From an uncultured Ignavibacteriaceae bacterium (lineage in GTDB: Bacteria > Bacteroidota > Ignavibacteria > UBA10030), in the NCBI GenBank assembly GCA_964473365.1, contig CAYYOV010000014.1, positions 137 through 64,136 of the forward strand: a stretch of 64,000 nucleotides of DNA. Direction: 5' to 3'. The notes beneath the pieces are model-generated. The model saw only the letters and a list, made by a program, of their open reading frames with translations, was not told the DNA's origin and did no database searches. Shown here piece after piece: positions 54,438 to 61,836 of the stretch. A program made the translations under genes and the position numbers. Numbering within the stretch: the first letter of the stretch is position 1; each line of letters opens with the position of its first letter.

Positions 54438-54941
54438 ATGAGACACTCTTCGCTCATTTTTGTCGGCGGCTTCACGCTCGTCTTCGGCTTCTTCGCGGCG
54501 GAATCGTACGACGCCGATGCCGACGCACTCCGGACTGCGGAGATACGCGCTTCGCAGATGCAGGCCGACCTCATCGCCGAGGCCGGCTGCTACATGGCCT
54601 CACATGCGGCAGCGATCAGTGCGTGGGGAACGACGACGACCGCCATGAATGGCGGCACGCTGACCTATACCGTCACGAAGCCGACTTCGACACCTGCACT
54701 CTCTTCACCGGATTGGGAGAACATCAGCGGAGTGTGGTATCCCCTGAAAGCAACAGCAGTGTGTACCGGGAAATACGGTGAGATCACCATCGTGAAACGT
54801 GCGGCGCTGGAGAAGCGCTCCGTGACGGCCGCCGGCTACCTGACGTGGCGCCAGTGGGTCATCAAGCGCCTCTATACGGACCCCTATTCACTCGCCGACC
54901 CCCGTACCGATTCGCTCATGGCGAATTCCGTTCGTCGGTGA
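54438..54941 (+). CDS. N-terminally anchored small protein with a GG|FTLV prepilin-like N-terminus lacking Glu+5
   Basis: MRHSSLIFVGGFTLVFGFFAAES resembles a class III signal (G|FTL) but has Phe at +5. The following helix ADLIAEAGCYMA is PilX-like. Function is inferred. Confidence 0.55.
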   Translation: MRHSSLIFVGGFTLVFGFFAAESYDADADALRTAEIRASQMQADLIAEAGCYMASHAAAISAWGTTTTAMNGGTLTYTVTKPTSTPALSSPDWENISGVWYPLKATAVCTGKYGEITIVKRAALEKRSVTAAGYLTWRQWVIKRLYTDPYSLADPRTDSLMANSVRR

Positions 54942-55118
54942 GGGATCTTTTGATCGGGGCGAAACGCAGATACCGTCCCACGATAAACACCGGTAATCCC
55001 TTCAAAAACCGCAGTCGAGCCCTCCGGTTTTGTGGTTCTTTCCGAGTTTTTTCACTAGGTTCAAAATTGTCGCAGTCTATCACTTACGCTCGAACGCTCA
55101 AGCGAAGTCTTCCTCAGA

Positions 55119-56717
55119 ATGTCTAATTGGGACCAAAAAAAGATCGGGTCCGTTGTTGAGGTCAACAGCACCGGCGTCGAAGTAAAGATCGATGCGGAAG
55201 GCGGCCTCACGCGCAAGATCGGCGAGAAGACCTATTATGTGGGTCAGATCGGGACGTACGTCCTCATCCCGATCGGGCAATCCTACGTCATCGGTATCGT
55301 GTCCGAAGCCCGCCGGACGGACAGCTCGAACGGCGAGACGCCGATGATGGTCGCCACGACCCTCATTGGGACGATCCGGAAGGGGAAGTTCGAACCCGGC
55401 GTATCGGTCCTACCGAGCATCGACATGCCCGTGTACCTTCTCGAGGACAAGGACATTCGTGGCGCTTTCCAGGCCTTCCAGCAATACAATTTCTCGATCG
55501 GCACCCTGTCTATGTTCGAGACAGAACGGGCCTATCTGAACCCGAACAAGTTCTTCGGGAAGCACATTGCCGTCCTCGGGAGCAGCGGGTCCGGAAAGTC
55601 GCACACGGTCGCCTCGGTCCTTCAAAAGGTCGTGTCGCTTCCCGAGACGCACGTCGTCATCCTCGACCTGCACAACGAATACCGTCAGGCCTTTCCCGAC
55701 ACGGGGCAGTACTGCGAGATCTCTTCCCTGGAGCTGCCGTACTGGCTGCTGAACTTCGACGAAATGCGGGAGATGTTCGTCGACCCGAACGACGAGAACG
55801 CGTCGATCCAAATGTCGCTGCTGCAGGACCTCGTCATCCTGTCGAAGAAGGACAAGAACCCGCGCTTGACCGACGTGATCACGCTCGATTCCCCTGTCTA
55901 TTTCGACCTGGCCGCCATCCGCGGCCGTCTGCAATTCCTCGACGGGGAAAAGGTCACGAGCAGTGCCGGCATGCGGGAGGGTCCCTTCTCCGGAAAGCTG
56001 ACGCGGCTCATCGCCCGGCTCGACACGAAGATGAACGACTCGCGGTACGCGTTCATGTTCAAGCCGAAGCTCATGGCCGATACCGAATCGGCCGTGTCGC
56101 TCCTCATGATGTTGTTCGGCCTGAGCGGCAAGTCGCGCGTGACGCTCATGGACCTCAGCGGCGTACCATCGGATATTTTGAAAACGATCGTTGCCCTCCT
56201 GGCCCGGCTGGCATTCGATTTCAATTTCTGGAATCCAAATCGTTCGGAGTTGCCGATCCTTCTCGTCTTTGAGGAGGCACACAACTATCTCTCGGTGCAT
56301 GCCGAGGGTTCGACAGCGGCCCGCAAGACGGTCGAACGGATCGCCAAAGAAGGCCGAAAATACGGCGTCAGTTGTATGCTCGTCAGCCAACGGCCGGCCG
56401 AGATCTCCGAGACGATCCTGTCTCAGTGCAGCAATTTCATCCTGTTGCGTCTGCTGAACCCGACCGACCAGGCGTACATCCGCCGGCTCGTCCCGGAATC
56501 GTTCAGCGGGCTTGAGTCCTCTATTTCGCTGCTCCGGCAGGGCGAAGCGATCATCCTGGGTGATTCCATCCCGATGCCGCAGCGGGTGCAGATCGACCCG
56601 CCGTCGCCGCCGCCACTGAGCTCCGACGTGCTCTTCTTCGACAAATGGAAGAAAAGCGACGTGAAGACCGATCCGCACGAAGTGCTCGAGCGGTGGTGGA
56701 ACCAACAGCGTAACTGA
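55119..56717 (+). CDS. HerA/FtsK-clade P-loop ATPase (DUF87/HerA central domain with an N-terminal HAS-barrel-like domain)
   Basis: N-terminal beta-barrel pattern IGSVVEVNSTGVEVKID...VGQIGTYVLIPIGQSYVIGIVSE. Walker A HIAVLGSSGSGKSHTV. LLVFEEAHNYL (Walker B/sensor). GRKYGVSCMLVSQRPAEISETILSQCSNFILLRL. The stop is 2 nt before the pilC-like start. Confidence 0.85.
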   Translation: MSNWDQKKIGSVVEVNSTGVEVKIDAEGGLTRKIGEKTYYVGQIGTYVLIPIGQSYVIGIVSEARRTDSSNGETPMMVATTLIGTIRKGKFEPGVSVLPSIDMPVYLLEDKDIRGAFQAFQQYNFSIGTLSMFETERAYLNPNKFFGKHIAVLGSSGSGKSHTVASVLQKVVSLPETHVVILDLHNEYRQAFPDTGQYCEISSLELPYWLLNFDEMREMFVDPNDENASIQMSLLQDLVILSKKDKNPRLTDVITLDSPVYFDLAAIRGRLQFLDGEKVTSSAGMREGPFSGKLTRLIARLDTKMNDSRYAFMFKPKLMADTESAVSLLMMLFGLSGKSRVTLMDLSGVPSDILKTIVALLARLAFDFNFWNPNRSELPILLVFEEAHNYLSVHAEGSTAARKTVERIAKEGRKYGVSCMLVSQRPAEISETILSQCSNFILLRLLNPTDQAYIRRLVPESFSGLESSISLLRQGEAIILGDSIPMPQRVQIDPPSPPPLSSDVLFFDKWKKSDVKTDPHEVLERWWNQQRN

Positions 56718-56719
56718 CC

Positions 56720-58075
56720 ATGGCCCGGATGCCGACCAAGGTTGAGTACCGTGTCTCCGCTCAGGATCGTGCCGGGCGGGCGCTGGTGAAGTACGTCATG
56801 GCCACGTCGTACATGGAGGCGCGGTCGAGGGGGCGGGAGTGGACGTCGCGCAACGGGGCCCAGCTGCTGAAGGTCGAAAAGAAGCGGACGTTCGTCTACA
56901 AGGCACGCCGCGGAGACAAGCTCATCACGGGTACGCAAAGCGCGTATTCGAGGGCGGAGGTAACGGCTGCGCTCAAGCGCATCGGCTACCAGGTCCAATC
57001 GGTCTACACGCCCTTCTCGATCAAGTTCGCGGCGCCGGCGACGGATATTGTCGGGTTCGTCTCGCAGAGCGCAAAACTGCTCGAGCAGAAGCTGCCGTTC
57101 AACGAGGTCCTTGTTCTGATGTCCGACAACATCAAGAACAAAGCCCTCAACCAGTGCATCCGCGACGTGATGAACGACCTTCGGAACGGTATGGATTCCC
57201 GGGAGGCGTTCCTCCGTCAATCGCAGGTGCTTGGCTACCACACGGCCTTGTTGCTCGGCATCGCAACGAAGAGCGGCGATGTGGCGGCGATCTTCCGGAG
57301 CGTGGCCCAGCTGGTCGAACGGCAGGCGGAGTTCTCCAAGGGCCTGAAGTCGGCGCTGCTCATGCCGGCCGTTACCGCGGTCACCCTCGTCGGGGCCATC
57401 ATCTTCTATGCGATGTATCTCGTGCCGCAGATGATGGACATGCTCGGCCCGATGATGTCGGAGATCCCTCCGGTGACCGCCTTCACGCTGGAGGCGAGCG
57501 CGTTCATCCAGGAGAACTACCCCTGGCTCATTGGGCTCTTCCTCGCCATCGTTGGAGGATTCTACGGCTGGCTGACGACGAGCAACGGCCGTCTGCAGTT
57601 CGATCGGTACGTCGTCCGCATGCCTTACGTGGGGACGATCCTCAAGAACACTTCGGTCGAAATCTTTACAAGGGTACTCAGCATCATCTATACATCGTCG
57701 GGTGAGAATATCGAAGCGATGCAGGTGGCAGCAGACGCGAGCGGAAATCTGTGGTTCGCTCGTCAGATCCGGACCGTCGCTTCTCCGATGATGCTGACAC
57801 AGGGCGTGGAGCTGGGCCGGGCCCTCGCCGCAACGGAGTTCCTGCCCGAAATGGCCCTGTCGCGATTTCGGACGGCAGCCGAGACAGGTTCGGTCAAGAC
57901 GACGGCGCAGAATCTCGCCGATTATTACGAGACAGAGAATTCGTTCGCGATGAAGAACCTGGTCAGCATCATCGAGCTGGGCGTCACGGTCATCATCATG
58001 GGTTCGCTCGTCTTCCTGACGTTGTTGTCGTCGGAGACAGCAAGCATCGACACCAGCCGGATCGGCGTCGGATAA
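56720..58075 (+). CDS. PilC/GspF-family platform protein (two T2SS-F domains) with a duplicated N-terminal cytoplasmic domain
   Basis: Two GspF-like repeats (…ALNQCIRDVMNDLRNGMDSREAF… and …NLWFARQIRTVASPMMLTQGVELGRAL…), each followed by TM helices. Two N-terminal (F/Y)x(Y)(K/R)..D..G modules are present: KVEYRVSAQDRAGR... and TFVYKARRGDKLIT... Confidence 0.85.
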   Translation: MARMPTKVEYRVSAQDRAGRALVKYVMATSYMEARSRGREWTSRNGAQLLKVEKKRTFVYKARRGDKLITGTQSAYSRAEVTAALKRIGYQVQSVYTPFSIKFAAPATDIVGFVSQSAKLLEQKLPFNEVLVLMSDNIKNKALNQCIRDVMNDLRNGMDSREAFLRQSQVLGYHTALLLGIATKSGDVAAIFRSVAQLVERQAEFSKGLKSALLMPAVTAVTLVGAIIFYAMYLVPQMMDMLGPMMSEIPPVTAFTLEASAFIQENYPWLIGLFLAIVGGFYGWLTTSNGRLQFDRYVVRMPYVGTILKNTSVEIFTRVLSIIYTSSGENIEAMQVAADASGNLWFARQIRTVASPMMLTQGVELGRALAATEFLPEMALSRFRTAAETGSVKTTAQNLADYYETENSFAMKNLVSIIELGVTVIIMGSLVFLTLLSSETASIDTSRIGVG

Positions 58076-58078
58076 GAC

Positions 58079-59878
58079 ATGGAACAACAACCCGCACCTT
58101 CAAAGAACGTGAAGCGGGACCTGCCCGCCCTGCTCGTTGAGCACGGCGTGGTGACCCAGAGCGTCCTCGACGAAGCCTCGGCGGTGATGGCGACCGACCC
58201 GGCGCCGTCGCCGCGTCGGCTCGTGCGCATCCTGGCCGACCAGTTCAAGGTGGACGCCGACGCCCTCTACCGCGAGGTGGCTCAGTTCTACGCGTTCAGA
58301 ACGCTCGACGTCGAACGCGAAGGGATTACGGACGACCGGATCGCGTTCATCCGGGCGATGTTGGAATACCTGCCGCCGCATCTTCAGGACCGGGCCGCCG
58401 ATTCGCAGGTGCTGCCGTTTACGGTCGATGCGACGAATCCCAATCGACTCCTCCTGGTTTCTCCCGACCCGACGCGGCGCGAGGTCTACGAGGTCGCGAA
58501 GGGGACCGGATACAAGTCGTTCGAGATCTGCTTCACCCCGCCCAGCCAGTGGCAGGACCTGTGGCGCAAGGTGGTCGTCGCACGGCCTTCGCAAGCGCAG
58601 GGGCAATACTCGACCGGCGCGATCGAAGAAGTGGAGGAGGAAGAGGACGAAGGGTTCGAGCGCGAGATCGAGCAGGAGATCAGCCGGAGCGGGCTGATGA
58701 CCCTGATCGACAATATCCTCGTCGACGGCGTACGCGTCGGGGCAAGCGATATTCATGTGATCCCGCGTGGCGAGAAGATCTCGGAGTTCCACTTCCGCAT
58801 CGACGGTAAGTTGACGCTCTGGCTCCGTTACACGGAGGCCCGCACCGAAGCGGTCTCGGCAGTGCTCAAGGACCGCGCAAAAGGTCTGGACCGGTTCGAA
58901 CGGAACATGGCGCAGGACGGGTTCGCGCAGATGCTCATCGACGGCAAGACGATCCGCTTCCGCGTCTCGGTCCTGCCGACGGTAGGGAAGGAGCTCAAGA
59001 GCAAGCACGAATCGATCGTCATTCGTATCCTGCAGGAACCGAACCTGTCCATCCGGATCGAGGACCTCGGGTTCAATCCGCAGGCCGAGCAATCGCTCCG
59101 GAAGGCCATCGCCAAGCCGCACGGGATCATCATCGTCACAGGCCCGACGGGATCCGGGAAAAGCACGACGCTCGTGGCCGCCCTGCGCGCCATCATGGAC
59201 CCGGCGTACAACATTCTGACCGTCGAAGACCCTGTCGAGTATTTCATCGACGGTGCCAGGCAGATCAAGCTGAACCCGAAACTCGATTTCGAGGGGGCTC
59301 TGCGCGCCATCCTGCGTCACGATCCTGACATCGTCATGGTCGGTGAGATGCGCGACAGGATCACGGCGGAGATCGCCATCAAGCTCGCGAACACCGGTCA
59401 CTTGACCTTCTCGACGCTCCATACGAACGATTCGGTCAGCGTCATTTCGCGACTCATGAAGATGGGCGTCGAACCGTTCCTCATCGCATACGCGATCAAC
59501 CTCGTCGTCGCGCAACGGCTGATGCGGCGCCTCTGCCCGCGATGCAAGGCCCCGATGCCCGTGACGGAGTATGATGAGCTACGGGCGCTTGGACTGACGG
59601 AGGCGGAGATCAACAACGGGTCGTTCTTCTCGGCCGTGGGATGTTCGGATTGCATCGGCGGGTATCGTGGTCGTCGGGCGATCCATGAAGCATTGTATTT
59701 CACTAAAGACATCCGTAAGCTCATCATGCAATCCGACACGATGGTCGATGATGAGAAGATCCGCGAGGGAGCAGCCCGCGGCGGTATGCTCACGTTGCGA
59801 CAAGCGGCCATCAATCTGCTGAAAGAAGGGGTGACCTCGGTCGACGAAGTGGTCTCTGTCACGTCAGAGGAAGACTGA
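58079..59878 (+). CDS. PilB/GspE-family type IV filament assembly ATPase
   Basis: GspE-N-like N-terminus. Walker A GPTGSGKSTT. Asp/His boxes (VGEMRD, TGHLTFSTLHTN). Tetracysteine motif CPRC...CSDC, typical of extension ATPases. Confidence 0.9.
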   Translation: MEQQPAPSKNVKRDLPALLVEHGVVTQSVLDEASAVMATDPAPSPRRLVRILADQFKVDADALYREVAQFYAFRTLDVEREGITDDRIAFIRAMLEYLPPHLQDRAADSQVLPFTVDATNPNRLLLVSPDPTRREVYEVAKGTGYKSFEICFTPPSQWQDLWRKVVVARPSQAQGQYSTGAIEEVEEEEDEGFEREIEQEISRSGLMTLIDNILVDGVRVGASDIHVIPRGEKISEFHFRIDGKLTLWLRYTEARTEAVSAVLKDRAKGLDRFERNMAQDGFAQMLIDGKTIRFRVSVLPTVGKELKSKHESIVIRILQEPNLSIRIEDLGFNPQAEQSLRKAIAKPHGIIIVTGPTGSGKSTTLVAALRAIMDPAYNILTVEDPVEYFIDGARQIKLNPKLDFEGALRAILRHDPDIVMVGEMRDRITAEIAIKLANTGHLTFSTLHTNDSVSVISRLMKMGVEPFLIAYAINLVVAQRLMRRLCPRCKAPMPVTEYDELRALGLTEAEINNGSFFSAVGCSDCIGGYRGRRAIHEALYFTKDIRKLIMQSDTMVDDEKIREGAARGGMLTLRQAAINLLKEGVTSVDEVVSVTSEED

Positions 59879-59906
59879 GGCCGGTCCATCCCCTCCCCCA
59901 TCCTGC

Positions 59907-61385
59907 ATGGCCGTCCGTTCCGACATACAACAACAAGCTGGCGAGATCGCCCGGGCGAAAGCTGCGGCGAAGGAATGCCTCATTGCGGCCGACAAGTTCC
60001 TGAAGGACCGGCAGTTCGACAAGGCGCGTGCACAGGTCAACAAGGCGAAGGAGATCGACCCGTCGAACCCGTATATCTCGGCCTTCGAGGAACGGATCAA
60101 GATCTTCGAAGAGCAGTTGAAGTCGCAGCCCGCGCCTGCACCCAAGGCTCCGGAGCCTCCTCCGGCTGCGGCACCCAAGGTAGAACCGGTCGCGCCTCCA
60201 AAGCCGGTAGCCGAGCCTCCCAAGGCCAAGCCGACGCCTCCGCCGACCCCGGTGGTGGAGAAGCCGAAGCCGGCCCCGGCGCCTGTCGTCGAGAAGCCTT
60301 CTCCGCCCCCGGCACCCGTGGTCGAAAAGCCGAAGCCGGTTCCGCCTCCGGTCGTGGAGAAGCCCAAACCGGCGCCAGCCCCAGCTCCTGAGCCGGCGAA
60401 GCCGAAGCCTGTGCCTCCTCCTCCCGAACCAGAGCCCGAGCCTGTGCCGGAGCCACCTCCGGCCCGGCCAGCCCGTGCGGCGATGCCTCCGGACGAGACA
60501 GTGCTACCCAGGCATGTACCTGAGCCTGCGCCTGCAAAGACCGCAGCAGCTGGTCCGCCTCCATCGGACGAACTGAAGGTGAAGATGGAGGAGATGAGCC
60601 GGCAGATCATGGAATTGTCATCGGCGCTCCTGTCCGAACGGCGGACGCGCGAAGATATTCTCAAGAAGCAGCTCGAACAGTCCGTCAGCCGTTTTCGCGA
60701 AGGATTGCGGAAAGCGTGGTCACTCGGCGCTCCGAAAGAGAAGGCACAGGCGGAGGTGGACGCGCTGGCGCATTCGCTCGGCCTTGATGACGACGTCATC
60801 TCCTCGGTGACCCGCGAAGTGAAGTTGGAGATGTATGGGCGTGCCGTGAAAGAGATGTTGGCCAAGCGCAAGCTGATTCGGAGCTCATCGTCCACGATGG
60901 ATTGGCTGCGAAAGGTCTATCAGATCTCGATGGCCGAGTATCTGGAGTATGAGTCGAAGTTCCTTCTCGACCTGGTGACCGACCAGTTCCGCGGCACGTT
61001 GCTGCTTGTGGCCGGGACCGACTCTGTCCGGCGTGACCTGGCGGTGCGGATGAAGTCGTCCGGGTTCGCCGTCGTCGCGGCGCTGACCCCGGAGGAGGCC
61101 CTCGAGAAGATCGAGCGCGTCAGTCCGACGATCGTGCTGACGGAGACGCAGTTCCCCGGACGTGTCGTCAGCGGCGTGATGTTCCTGCAGTTGCTGCGCG
61201 CCAACCCGAAGTTCTCGTTCGTACCTGTCGTTCTGCTGTGCGACGAGCAGGAGGCGGTGACGCTGCAATCGTCCGAGCTGAGGGACATCGAAGGCGTCAT
61301 CCGAACGCCCGTCGATTACGATGAATTGAACGCAATGATCAACGAGAAGTTGGCGGCGTTGCGAAACGCCATCTCGAATATTTGA
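59907..61385 (+). CDS. Pro-rich repeat protein with a C-terminal pseudo-receiver domain
   Basis: N-terminal helical/TPR-like segment. A Pro-rich linker of about 140 aa contains 4x PVVEKPKP. A coiled-coil-like middle follows. The C-terminal receiver-like fold (TLLLVAGTD...PTIVLTETQFPG...VPVVLLCD...IRTPVDYDEL) has Glu at the acceptor position. Confidence 0.75.
   Translation: MAVRSDIQQQAGEIARAKAAAKECLIAADKFLKDRQFDKARAQVNKAKEIDPSNPYISAFEERIKIFEEQLKSQPAPAPKAPEPPPAAAPKVEPVAPPKPVAEPPKAKPTPPPTPVVEKPKPAPAPVVEKPSPPPAPVVEKPKPVPPPVVEKPKPAPAPAPEPAKPKPVPPPPEPEPEPVPEPPPARPARAAMPPDETVLPRHVPEPAPAKTAAAGPPPSDELKVKMEEMSRQIMELSSALLSERRTREDILKKQLEQSVSRFREGLRKAWSLGAPKEKAQAEVDALAHSLGLDDDVISSVTREVKLEMYGRAVKEMLAKRKLIRSSSSTMDWLRKVYQISMAEYLEYESKFLLDLVTDQFRGTLLLVAGTDSVRRDLAVRMKSSGFAVVAALTPEEALEKIERVSPTIVLTETQFPGRVVSGVMFLQLLRANPKFSFVPVVLLCDEQEAVTLQSSELRDIEGVIRTPVDYDELNAMINEKLAALRNAISNI
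60249..60371 (+). repeat. In-frame tandem repeat encoding 4x P(A/P)PVVEKP(K/S)P
   Basis: The DNA repeats GTGGTGGAGAAGCCGAAGCC / GTCGTCGAGAAGCCTTCTCC / GTGGTCGAAAAGCCGAAGCC / GTCGTGGAGAAGCCCAAACC recur at 33-nt spacing. Confidence 0.8.
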
Positions 61386-61435
61386 ATCACCGGCGGTCCG
61401 CCCAGCGCGGGACGCGCCGCACCCCAGAGGCTGAT

Positions 61436-61810
61436 ATGGCGAAACAGATCTTGCTGGCCGAAGATGACGAGGACAACCGCGACCTCATGGTGTTCGTGGT
61501 CGAACGGGGAGGGCTGGATGCCGAGCTGCTCCTTGCGGAGAATGGGCAACAGGCCGTCGAGATCGCGCGCGCCAAGAAGCCGGTATTGATCTTGATGGAC
61601 ATGCAGATGCCGGTCATGGACGGGTTCACGGCAGTGAAGATTCTGAAAGCCGACCCGGAGACGCAGGAGATCCCGATTATCGCGTTCACGGCGCAGGCGC
61701 GTGCGGAGGACAAGGAGATCACCCGGTCGATCGGTTGCGTGGAGCACTACACGAAGCCGATGGACCCGGAAGAGCTCATCACGCTCATCCGCCGGTATAT
61801 CGGCGAGTAA
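61436..61810 (+). CDS. CheY-like single-domain response regulator
   Basis: ILLAEDDEDNRD, VLILMDMQMPVMDG, IPIIAFTAQA, YTKPMD: all canonical receiver residues are present. Confidence 0.9.
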   Translation: MAKQILLAEDDEDNRDLMVFVVERGGLDAELLLAENGQQAVEIARAKKPVLILMDMQMPVMDGFTAVKILKADPETQEIPIIAFTAQARAEDKEITRSIGCVEHYTKPMDPEELITLIRRYIGE

Positions 61811-61836
61811 CCCAGACCTTTCGAGATATCACGATC

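Noticed and set aside
55119-56717. The HerA-like ATPase as part of a known HerA-containing defence or repair pair (Sir2-HerA, DUF4297-HerA, NurA-HerA)
   Set aside because: No Sir2, DUF4297 or NurA-like gene is adjacent. The flanking genes are pseudopilin-like ORFs upstream and a tightly coupled PilC-like gene downstream. A defence role is not excluded, but it is not one of the described two-gene systems.
59975-60564. ORFs 59975-60391(+) and 60097-60564(-) inside the Pro-rich region
   Set aside because: They are alternative readings of the GC-rich CCG/GCC repeat tract of the 59907-61385 gene. That gene alone continues into a structured C-terminal domain.
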